Source of the DNA: an uncultured Candidatus Saccharibacteria bacterium
GTDB lineage: Bacteria > Patescibacteriota > Minisyncoccia > Phycocordibacterales > Phycocordibacteraceae
Assembly (NCBI GenBank): GCA_964507275.1
Contig: CAZDPG010000001.1
Location: forward strand, 340,577-404,576
Length of the DNA stretch: 64,000 bases
Reading direction: 5' to 3'
The stretch's first letter is position 1; each line of letters opens with the position of its first letter. The notes beneath the pieces are model-generated. The model was not told where the DNA came from. It saw only the letters and a list, made by a program, of their open reading frames with translations, and made no database searches. Of this stretch, positions 56,235 to 64,000 are shown one piece after another. A program made the translations under genes and the position numbers.

Positions 56235-57125
56235 CTACTTCTTCTTCTCGCTCAAGAAAGCTTTTTCCAATTCCCTATCCGGATCCATTTCCCACGCCTG
56301 CTCGAGCGTAAGCTCGCCCTTTTTTCCTCCCAATTTCTTCTCAACATACAGGACGTAATCCGCGTACCGTTTAACTTCGTCCATAGTCGGATGCTGCTCA
56401 AGTGTCGTGTATTTGTCGTCACCGAGCTGCCCTTCTCCGTTTATCGTGGCAATGCCGATGCTCGCAGAAGCATTTGTCCGGTATCCTGGATATTCACCGC
56501 GCATAATGCCATTTATATCCTCTATGGCAGTGCGTATATTCCGCGCAATACTTAGCGAACTCTCCGCCGGAGCATCGACGAGAAACACGCTGAATTCGTC
56601 CCCACCCAAGCGACCAAACACGTCGGCATCACGCACGACACGTCCCACCTTCTCCGCAACGAGCTCCAGGAATCGATCGCCTGCATCATGCCCGACCGTA
56701 TCATTGATCATCTTGAAATCATCAAGATCAATAGCAAGAAGAGCACTGGGAATGAGGACTCCTTTCGAGCGCTCTCTCTTGAGAAATGTCGTGTAGCGAT
56801 TCCACTCTTCCTTGAAGCCTCGGCGATTCAGGAGCCCGGTTAGTTCGTCGGTGCGGGACTCTTTCTCGACTCTTTCTGCTTCCTGAGCGAATTCTCGCAC
56901 CCTTTCGGCATCGCCCTTGGCTTGCTCTGCGAAGGCGCGCAACTTCTTTGCGTCCTCTGGCAGTCCACGCGATTCGAGATCCCCAGCCTGTTCCAAGATG
57001 AGAAGCGAGCGCGATTCGAGATCGCGGACATGCGCTTCCATCCTCTGGTACAAAAGAGGGTCCCGCTCTGACCCGACATGGTCAAGACCGGTCTCGGCAC
57101 GATGCGGTCGTGATCTTTCAATCAT
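56235..57125 (-). CDS. GGDEF-domain diguanylate cyclase with N-terminal coiled coil
   Basis: DELTGLLNRRGF, product-binding region, and an intact GGDEF active site (RLGGDEFSVFL). Confidence 0.8.
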   Translation of the reverse strand: MIERSRPHRAETGLDHVGSERDPLLYQRMEAHVRDLESRSLLILEQAGDLESRGLPEDAKKLRAFAEQAKGDAERVREFAQEAERVEKESRTDELTGLLNRRGFKEEWNRYTTFLKRERSKGVLIPSALLAIDLDDFKMINDTVGHDAGDRFLELVAEKVGRVVRDADVFGRLGGDEFSVFLVDAPAESSLSIARNIRTAIEDINGIMRGEYPGYRTNASASIGIATINGEGQLGDDKYTTLEQHPTMDEVKRYADYVLYVEKKLGGKKGELTLEQAWEMDPDRELEKAFLSEKKK

Positions 57126-57129
57126 GCCT

Positions 57130-58029
57130 CTATTGTACTCCCGTAAGCGCCCGAATCCTATCCTCTACCGGCGGGTGCGTAGAGAACAAGTGCGCGGCCC
57201 AGTTCCCCGCGCCAGCTGCCTTTGCGCCGAACGGATCGCCAATGAAAAGGTGCGCGGTCGCGAGATGCGCGTTCCTCATAGGTGCTCCGTAGTCATTTAT
57301 CTTCCTCAAGGCAGACGCGAGACCCTCCGGATAGCGAGTGAGGAGAGCACTCGATGCATCAGCAAGATATTCGCGACGTCGCGAGACGGCAAGCTGGATG
57401 AGTTTCGCGGCGAGCGGTGCGAGCACAATGCCGACCACGGCGAGAATCATAAGGATTGCATTCCCCTGCTTGCTATCGCTGCTACGGCCACCGCCCAGAA
57501 ATGACATGCGGAGGAATATATCTGCGACGATGGCGATGAAGCCAGCGAGCACGACCGCGATTGTCATAAGAAGTATGTCGCGGTTCTTGATGTGCGACAA
57601 CTCATGACCGATAACACCCTCGAGCTCGGGGCGCGTCATCAAAGTAAGCAGTCCAGTCGTCGCGCAGACGACTGCATGTGCCTCATCCCGTCCGGTCGCA
57701 AAGGCGTTCGGCGCGGGATCGTCGATCACGTAGAGCCGAGGCTTCGGCAGTCCCGCCGTGATAGCGAGATTTTCCGTGACGGTATAGAAGTCGAAGAACT
57801 CTTCACGTGATGCTGGCCGAGCATGATTCATCGAGAGCACGAGCTTATCGCTCTCCCAGTACGCATAGAAATTCGTCGCAAAAGCGAGGAACACGGCGAT
57901 ATAGAGGATGCCTGGATTGCCGTAATACCAGGCGATCGCATACCCGACCGCAATGACAAGAACGAGGAAGCCGAGCACAAGCGCCCATGTCCGGCGGATG
58001 TTGCTCGAGCGTTGTGCGTACAGATCCAT
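57130..58029 (-). CDS. htpX: zinc metalloprotease HtpX (M48)
   Basis: HELSHIKNRD (HExxH) and a four-TM topology. Confidence 0.85.
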   Translation of the reverse strand: MDLYAQRSSNIRRTWALVLGFLVLVIAVGYAIAWYYGNPGILYIAVFLAFATNFYAYWESDKLVLSMNHARPASREEFFDFYTVTENLAITAGLPKPRLYVIDDPAPNAFATGRDEAHAVVCATTGLLTLMTRPELEGVIGHELSHIKNRDILLMTIAVVLAGFIAIVADIFLRMSFLGGGRSSDSKQGNAILMILAVVGIVLAPLAAKLIQLAVSRRREYLADASSALLTRYPEGLASALRKINDYGAPMRNAHLATAHLFIGDPFGAKAAGAGNWAAHLFSTHPPVEDRIRALTGVQ

Positions 58030-58034
58030 CCCGT

Positions 58035-58598
58035 TTAGAACTGTACGTTCACCGGTTCAGCATGAGTAGCGTCAGCAAGCTCAAAAAGGTCCATTTGCAT
58101 GAATCCGAACGCTGAAGCGATGAGGTTCCCTGGAAACGATTGAATGGCAGTGTTGAGCGTCATGACGCTCGTGTTGTAGAAGCGGCGAGATGCCTGGATC
58201 TTGTCCTCGGTATCACCGAGCTCTTTCTGGAGCTGAAGGAAATTCTGATTCGCTTTGAGGTCTGGATAGGCCTCCGAGACAGCAAAGAGCGTCTTCAAAG
58301 CACCCGAAAGCTGATTCTCAGCCTGTGCCTGCTCAGCGTGAGACGCATTCCCCGCTCCCATAGCGGCCGACCGTGCCTTGGTCACATTCTCGAAAGCTGC
58401 TGATTCGTGCGCGGCATAGCCCTTCACGGTCTCAACAAGGTTCGGAATGAGATCATAACGGCGTTTGAGCTGTACGTTTATATCGGACCATGCTTCTTTT
58501 GCACGATTCGTGAGTGTAACGAGGCCATTATAAGAGACGACAACCCAGAGCACGAGCACGGCGACGATAACAAGGATGATTGTGGTGGTGGTAGGCAT
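58035..58598 (-). CDS. lemA: LemA family protein
   Basis: N-terminal TM plus YNGLV...W..I..QLKRR.DLIPNLVETVKGYA LemA signature. LemA-HtpX is a conserved pair. Confidence 0.85.
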   Translation of the reverse strand: MPTTTTIILVIVAVLVLWVVVSYNGLVTLTNRAKEAWSDINVQLKRRYDLIPNLVETVKGYAAHESAAFENVTKARSAAMGAGNASHAEQAQAENQLSGALKTLFAVSEAYPDLKANQNFLQLQKELGDTEDKIQASRRFYNTSVMTLNTAIQSFPGNLIASAFGFMQMDLFELADATHAEPVNVQF

Positions 58599-58630
58599 AT
58601 CTGAAATTATACTTCCGAGCAGGTAAAAGT

Positions 58631-59761
58631 CTATCGCACCGAACGAGCGACCGCCGCGACTACTCGCTTATCAAGGAGGTCTGGAATGATCTTCTCTGCG
58701 GTCGGCTTCGCCACAAGCTCGGCAAGCGCACGAGCTGCGCGCAACTTCGTCGCGAGAGTTATCTTCTTTACGCCCTTATCGAGAGCACCACGGAATATAC
58801 CCGGGAACACGAGCGCATTGTTTATCTGGTTCGGGAAGTCGCTTCTACCGGTCGCAATGACCTCTGCCCCAGCTCGCCAGGCTTCGTCAGGCAGTATCTC
58901 CGGATCAGGATTCGCAAGCGCGAAGACGATGCTGCCGGAAGCCATTAAAGCGACCTGTTCTGCCTTAAGAATTCCCTTGCCTGAGACACCGACAAAAGCA
59001 TCGGCGTCCTGCATCGCTTCAGCGAGGCCGCCCTTGACCTTGCGTGGGTTCGTGGATGCCGCGAGCTCAGTCTTATGCGCATTCATGACTGATCGACCAG
59101 CATAGAGCGTGCCCGCACGGTCAAGCAGGATGATGTCTTTCACGCCAGCAGCGAGGAGAAGCTTTGCGACGGCCGTCCCCGCAGCACCGGCGCCGCTCAC
59201 GACGATCCTCAGTTTCTTAAGGTCTTTCTTTACGACCTTTGCGGCATTTATCATCCCCGCGAGGACCACGATGGCGGTGCCATGCTGGTCATCATGCATC
59301 ACGGGGATATCGAGCTCGTCAATAAGGCGTTGTTCGATACTGAAGCATGCCGGCGCAGCGATATCTTCAAGATTGATACCGCCGAAGTTCGGCGCTATCG
59401 CCTTCACGATGCGCACAATCTCGTCCGGGTCCTGCGTATCGAGTACGAGCGGCCAGGCATCGACGTTTCCTTTTTCTTTGAAGATGAGCGCTTTGCCTTC
59501 CATCACCGGCAGTGCACCGTACGGGCCGATATTACCGAGTCCGAGCACAGCCGAGCCGTCGGAGACGATGGCGACACTGTTCTGTTTGATCGACATTGTC
59601 CGCGCGTCCTTCGGATGCTTCGCTAAGTGGAGCGATGCGGCACCCACGCCGGGAGTGTACCAGAGCGAGAAATCGCTCTTTTCGCGCAGCTTCACGCGTG
59701 CTTTCGTCTCTATCCGCGCCCCCTGTTTCTTATACGCCGCCAGTATCTTTTTCGTATCCAT
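58631..59761 (-). CDS. NAD(P)-dependent malic enzyme (short, no PTA domain)
   Basis: LSLWYTPGVG, dinucleotide-binding VVSGAGAAGTAVAKLL. Confidence 0.85.
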   Translation of the reverse strand: MDTKKILAAYKKQGARIETKARVKLREKSDFSLWYTPGVGAASLHLAKHPKDARTMSIKQNSVAIVSDGSAVLGLGNIGPYGALPVMEGKALIFKEKGNVDAWPLVLDTQDPDEIVRIVKAIAPNFGGINLEDIAAPACFSIEQRLIDELDIPVMHDDQHGTAIVVLAGMINAAKVVKKDLKKLRIVVSGAGAAGTAVAKLLLAAGVKDIILLDRAGTLYAGRSVMNAHKTELAASTNPRKVKGGLAEAMQDADAFVGVSGKGILKAEQVALMASGSIVFALANPDPEILPDEAWRAGAEVIATGRSDFPNQINNALVFPGIFRGALDKGVKKITLATKLRAARALAELVAKPTAEKIIPDLLDKRVVAAVARSVR

Positions 59762-59786
59762 AGTAGAGGACTAGTATACTACAGCC

Positions 59787-61952
59787 ATGCATCCTGAGGA
59801 CCTTGTTGATAAGCATTTCCCGCGTTTGAAACCCGATCAGAAACGGGCGCTGCACAAGCTCGGCATACGAACCATCCACGACCTGCTCTATCACTTCCCT
59901 GCCCGTTATGAGAACGCCGGACCAACTGGCACCATCACTGGCATAACGGCCGGTGCTGAAGTGACTCTCTACGGCACAGTGAGAAAACCCGAGATACGGA
60001 AGACCTGGAAGAGCCGGAGGCCCATCGCCGAAGCGTGGCTCGAAGATAACTCGGGAAGGATCAAGATGATGTGGTTCAGCCAGCCTTATATCGCGAAGTC
60101 CCTGCACGACGGCATGCATGTGAAGGTGAGCGGACGCGTTGCTGGCGAAGGGGCGAAGATATATCTCGCGAATCCGGAGATTGGGAAGACGCCCATCGAG
60201 CCAGAAGAGGTTCATGATTCGCTCTTTGCGAAAAGCGAAGGAGCGCCCGATCAAACACTCTATCCAATCTATTCCGAGAGTAAGGGCGTCTCCTCGCTCT
60301 GGCTCACGCACGCGGTACGCAAAGTGTTTGAAGCAAAAGCACATGAGCATATCGTCGACCCCATCCCGAAAGAGATTCTCGCACGCTACAACTTGCCCTC
60401 CATCACCTCCGCACTCGTCTTCATCCATGCACCGCGCGTGATGCCGGATGCACTCGCGGCACGCAAACGCTTCGCCTTTGAAGAAGTCTTCGCGCTTCAG
60501 ATTGTGATGCAAGAGCGACGACGGGCGCATCTGCGAGAAGAAGCACTTCCGGTTGCCGTCAATCGTGCGGCACTCGATGAGTTCATTGCATCATTCCCCT
60601 TCCCGCCGACAGGAGCGCAGACGCATGCCATCGAATCCATCGTCGGTGATTTCGAAAAGACGCATCCGATGCTCCGTCTTCTCGAAGGCGACGTCGGGAG
60701 CGGCAAGACCGCCGTGGCCGCAGCGACAGCCTATCTCGTCGCGACATCGCTTCCGAAGGGCCGGATTGCCGGCACGCTCCAGGTCGCCTATCTTGTCCCG
60801 ACCGAAATTCTCGCGAAACAACATTTCTCGACCTTCGTCTCCTATTTCAAAGATCACCCTATCCCGATTGGACTCATCACTGGTTCTGAGTGTCGCAAGT
60901 TCCCCTCCCGTGTGCGGTATGAAGAATCCGCCAAGCTCTCGAAGCCAGCATTCAAGAAGATGGTAGCGAATGGCGAGATACCCATCGTCATAGGTACGCA
61001 TGCTCTTGTCGAGAAATCGCTTTCATTCAAGTATTTCGCATATGCCATCATCGACGAGCAGCACCGCTTCGGCACGATGCATCGACAAAAGCTCGCGACC
61101 AAGGGTTCGCTTGCCCCGCACCTGCTTTCTATGACCGCGACACCCATCCCGCGCACGCTCGCGCTCACGCTCTATGGCGATCTCGACCTCACACTCCTCG
61201 ATGAGATGCCGGCAGGCAGGAAGCCGATAAAGACAGAAGTCCTCGGACCCGAAAAGCGAACGGAAGCCTACAAGAGAGTGCACGAGGAGCTCGCTCGCGG
61301 CCATCAAGCGTATGTCATTTGCCCGCGTATCGATGAACCCGATCCAGCGAAGGAGCTCGCTCTCCAAGCGAAATCGGTCAAAGCCGAAGCCGCGCGACTG
61401 AAAAGAGATATCTTCCCCGAAGCGAATATTGATATTCTGCACAGCAAGATGCGTCCGACCGAGAAAGAAGCTGTCATGAAAAGGTTTGAAAAAGGTGAGA
61501 TACACATCCTTGTCGCGACGTCAGTCGTCGAAGTGGGTGTAAACGTGCCGAATGCGACCGTCATCCTCATCGAGGGCGCTGAACGCTTCGGTCTCGCTCA
61601 GCTCCACCAATTGCGCGGACGTGTCATCCGATCGACGCACCAATCCTACTGCTTCGCACTTCCTGAATCATTCGGTCCGACGACCAAAGAACGTATGAAA
61701 GCATTCGTCTCTGCGAAGAATGGTTTTGAACTCGCTGAGTATGACCTCGCGCTGCGCGGTGCAGGGGAACTTGCTGGAGGAAAACAATGGGGCGTCTCGG
61801 ACATAGCGATGGAAGCCCTGAAGAACTTGAAGCTCGTCGAGGCGGCTCGCTCGGAGGCGGCACGGCTCGTGGAAAGCGATCCTGATTTACGCGAACACCC
61901 CGCACTCAAAGCACGCGCCCACACGGCCGATACAGAGATGCACTTGGAATAA
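59787..61952 (+). CDS. recG: ATP-dependent DNA helicase RecG
   Basis: Wedge domain, GDVGSGKT Walker A, DEQHRFG (DEAH-like), and the TRG motif region. Confidence 0.9.
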   Translation: MHPEDLVDKHFPRLKPDQKRALHKLGIRTIHDLLYHFPARYENAGPTGTITGITAGAEVTLYGTVRKPEIRKTWKSRRPIAEAWLEDNSGRIKMMWFSQPYIAKSLHDGMHVKVSGRVAGEGAKIYLANPEIGKTPIEPEEVHDSLFAKSEGAPDQTLYPIYSESKGVSSLWLTHAVRKVFEAKAHEHIVDPIPKEILARYNLPSITSALVFIHAPRVMPDALAARKRFAFEEVFALQIVMQERRRAHLREEALPVAVNRAALDEFIASFPFPPTGAQTHAIESIVGDFEKTHPMLRLLEGDVGSGKTAVAAATAYLVATSLPKGRIAGTLQVAYLVPTEILAKQHFSTFVSYFKDHPIPIGLITGSECRKFPSRVRYEESAKLSKPAFKKMVANGEIPIVIGTHALVEKSLSFKYFAYAIIDEQHRFGTMHRQKLATKGSLAPHLLSMTATPIPRTLALTLYGDLDLTLLDEMPAGRKPIKTEVLGPEKRTEAYKRVHEELARGHQAYVICPRIDEPDPAKELALQAKSVKAEAARLKRDIFPEANIDILHSKMRPTEKEAVMKRFEKGEIHILVATSVVEVGVNVPNATVILIEGAERFGLAQLHQLRGRVIRSTHQSYCFALPESFGPTTKERMKAFVSAKNGFELAEYDLALRGAGELAGGKQWGVSDIAMEALKNLKLVEAARSEAARLVESDPDLREHPALKARAHTADTEMHLE

Positions 61953-61982
61953 AGAAACAATCCCCTCACGGGGATTGTTGGT
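61953..61982. terminator. hairpin (aacaatcccc-tcac-ggggattgtt)
   Basis: 10 bp stem. The T-run lies on the minus strand, so this is the terminator of the 61994-62434 gene and possibly recG. Confidence 0.5.
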
Positions 61983-61993
61983 GTGGCGAGTCT

Positions 61994-62434
61994 TCACTGC
62001 GCCGTGACATGTTCGCGAAGCCATTTCACTTCAGCCGGGAAGTCGATCGCGAACGTGCCGAGGAGAAACGCCGCGTCGAGGCGGGTTATCGTGACACATA
62101 CTTCCCCGCTCGACCCCCTGTCGACATGCCGGGCTAGGCCTCCACGAACGACTCCTGAGACCATGCGTTCGCGAAGGAGGTCATCGCTCAAGACCTCACG
62201 AAGCGTTTGCGGCATGTCGTCACCCACACAGCGCGCGAGGAGATCGAGGAACTCATCACGATGAGCAAGGAGTTTCCACTCTTTCTTGACGCAGAGAATC
62301 CAGAGACAGAAAAGCATCTTGCCGACACTCACTGCGCCGATAGTGGACCCTCGTTTCTTGTCGCCGCCATACTCGAGCGCTTCGTAGTCAATGCCAGGAA
62401 GAACCAGTTGTTGTCGTGACATCGCACCCTCCAA
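61994..62434 (-). CDS. hypothetical protein
   Basis: 146 aa ORF with no confident motif. Confidence 0.3.
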   Translation of the reverse strand: MEGAMSRQQLVLPGIDYEALEYGGDKKRGSTIGAVSVGKMLFCLWILCVKKEWKLLAHRDEFLDLLARCVGDDMPQTLREVLSDDLLRERMVSGVVRGGLARHVDRGSSGEVCVTITRLDAAFLLGTFAIDFPAEVKWLREHVTAQ

Positions 62435-62492
62435 AAAGGTTATTCAAAGAATCTGCTGAGAAGATACCATTCCTTGACGAGAAGTCAAATTT

Positions 62493-62565
62493 GTCCGCCC
62501 CCCTGGACTCGAACCAGGAACCGCAGAGGTATAAGCTCTGTGCTCTAACCATTGAGCTAGGGGCG
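62493..62565 (-). tRNA. tRNA-Ile with genomically encoded anticodon TAT (UAU)
   Basis: Reverse complement: CCGCCCCTAGCTCAATGGTTAGAGCACAGAGCTTATACCTCTGCGGTTCCTGGTTCGAGTCCAGGGGGGCGGA. Acceptor CCGCCCC/GGGGCGG, anticodon stem CAGAG/CTCTG, loop CTTATAC. Confidence 0.7.
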
Positions 62566-62699
62566 GATGTGTCCATACTACAACGAAGCACCGAAGTTGC
62601 GAACAGGAGAGGTATTGCCACCCATCATGCTTGATGGTATTGTGCACTCTGCTTTTGTTCTGTCCAACCGTAGTTAAAACTAAGAAGGAGCATCGCATC

Positions 62700-62987
62700 A
62701 TGCTAACCAGAGAAGGTGTCAAACATGGGACGATAGTCCCTGTGCAATACAAGACTGGAGCGAGGGTGGGCCAAAGCCCCGTTGTCGCCGCGGCCGCCGT
62801 CGCCGATGGCCGAGCCGACGTACTGGACGACAAGGGAGAGATCATCGAACCGACCTTGCTGGGCATCCGGTGCGGGCGGCGAACGGTCGAAATGCTCGCG
62901 ATCAACCCGGGACCGACGTATCCGTTCCTGATTCTGCCACAGGCGCCGCGAAACGAGGCCCTCGCTGCGAAAGCGAACTCCTTCTGA
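62700..62987 (+). CDS. hypothetical small protein
   Basis: AAGGAG Shine-Dalgarno 8 nt upstream of the ATG at 62700, followed by a terminator. Confidence 0.35.
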   Translation: MLTREGVKHGTIVPVQYKTGARVGQSPVVAAAAVADGRADVLDDKGEIIEPTLLGIRCGRRTVEMLAINPGPTYPFLILPQAPRNEALAAKANSF

Positions 62988-63004
62988 TTTTTCCTTCACC
63001 CTAC

Positions 63005-63034
63005 AGAAACCCGGTCCGAGACCGGGTTTTCGAT
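63005..63034. terminator. hairpin terminator (aaacccggtc-cgag-accgggtttt)
   Basis: Stem plus T-run, between the convergent small ORF (+) and ftsH (-). Confidence 0.6.
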
Positions 63035-63042
63035 TTTCATAC

Positions 63043-64000
63043 TCAGAGCTGGACTGGCGCGATAGTGTGCCCCTCTTCTTCCTTCTTCTTCGGCGTGATG
63101 CCGTTGAGCACGAGAATCTTTTCGAATTCTTCACGCTCGACCGTCTCCTTTTCGATAAGCTCTTTCGCAATAGCGTCGAGTGCACCACGGTGCCCCCTGA
63201 TGACATCCTCCGCTCGCTTCTTCGCTCCTTCGATGATATGCGACACTTCGACATCAATCTGTGCGGCGACCTGTTCTGAATACGGCTCATTCCCGAGTTG
63301 TCGTTCGCCGAAAGCAATGGGGCCGAGCTTGTCGCTCATACCGTAACGGGCGACCATGGAGCGAGCGAGTGCCGTGATGACCATGAGGTCGTTGGAGGGA
63401 CCGGTCGTCACGTCATCGAAAAGCATCTCTTCTGCGACGTAGCCGCCAAGAGTTGCTGCAATATCATCGAGGAACTGCTTTTTCGACTGCATCTTTTTAT
63501 CATCAAAAGGAAGCTTCAGTGTGTACCCTGCTGCGCGCCCACGACTGATGATGGATATCTTGTGCACCGGATCGGCATGCTCGAGCACGGAAGAGACGAG
63601 CGCATGCCCGGCCTCGTGATATGCCGTCAGCTCCTTCTCCCGCTTGGAGAGCAAATGACTCTTACGCTCAGGACCGAGCATCACCTTCTCTATGGAGCGG
63701 ATGAGGTCGTATTGAGTTATCTCTTTCCGATCCTCGCGCGCAGCGAGTATCGCTCCTTCGTTCATGAGACTGTAGAGTTCGGCTCCAGAGAATCCCGGAG
63801 TGCGCTCGGCGATGACCGAGAGCACAACATCCGGACCGAGCGGCTTCTTGCGCGCATGTGTTACGAGGATCTCTTCGCGGTCTCGACGATCTGGGAGGTC
63901 GATCGTGACGCGTCTATCAAAGCGTCCCGGGCGTAGGAGCGCGGGGTCGAGCACATCAGGGCGGTTCGTCGCCGCCATGACCACGACTTTCTCAGTCGGC
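63043..64000 (-). CDS. ftsH: ATP-dependent zinc metalloprotease FtsH, C-terminal part (the N-terminus lies beyond the window end)
   Basis: AAA lid (ATNRPDVLDPALLRPGRFDR), M41 peptidase HEAGHAL zinc site. Confidence 0.9.
   Translation of the reverse strand, partial: PTEKVVVMAATNRPDVLDPALLRPGRFDRRVTIDLPDRRDREEILVTHARKKPLGPDVVLSVIAERTPGFSGAELYSLMNEGAILAAREDRKEITQYDLIRSIEKVMLGPERKSHLLSKREKELTAYHEAGHALVSSVLEHADPVHKISIISRGRAAGYTLKLPFDDKKMQSKKQFLDDIAATLGGYVAEEMLFDDVTTGPSNDLMVITALARSMVARYGMSDKLGPIAFGERQLGNEPYSEQVAAQIDVEVSHIIEGAKKRAEDVIRGHRGALDAIAKELIEKETVEREEFEKILVLNGITPKKKEEEGHTIAPVQL

Noticed and set aside
1-64000. CRISPR arrays, transposases, integrases
   Set aside because: No regularly spaced direct repeats and no transposase or integrase-like ORFs were seen. 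The two homing-endonuclease-like genes are the only mobile-element signatures.

Overview
This 64 kb window is a high-GC (about 60%, judged by eye), gene-dense bacterial chromosome segment. Most of it is core housekeeping: ParB, peroxiredoxin, MiaA, ClpB, IscS-like desulfurase, IF-2 and RbfA, GyrA, ribosomal proteins S1, L33 and S21, Pth, LepB, YbeY, FtsA and FtsZ, TrxB, two glycosyltransferases, TrmH, RlmI-like methyltransferase, NrnA, Orn, TsaD, ValRS, Hsp20, LepA, MurJ, class II RNR, HtpX, LemA, malic enzyme, RecG, and partial FtsH and RelA/SpoT genes at the window edges. I could also read 14 tRNA genes and an RNase P RNA directly from the sequence. Several features suggest a Candidate Phyla Radiation / Patescibacteria (Parcubacteria-like) genome, though this is inference only: a short IF-2 without the N-terminal domains, a 713 aa ValRS, many small genes, and tandem VirB2/TrbC-like pilin genes. 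Standing out from the housekeeping background are: (1) a minus-strand array of six paralogous small secreted two-helix pilin-like proteins immediately downstream of an orphan membrane-anchored solute-binding-like protein (16.2-19.8 kb); (2) a distant paralog of the same pilin module fused to a Cys-rich C-terminal domain with LAS-type zinc-peptidase-like motifs (2.9-3.8 kb); (3) two AT-rich homing-endonuclease-like genes, one HNH and one LAGLIDADG-like, embedded in tRNA clusters; (4) a tRNA-Ile with a genomically encoded UAU anticodon; (5) an LMW-PTP/HIT fusion; (6) a GGDEF-HtpX-LemA cluster. Long antisense shadow ORFs, expected at this GC content, were discarded.
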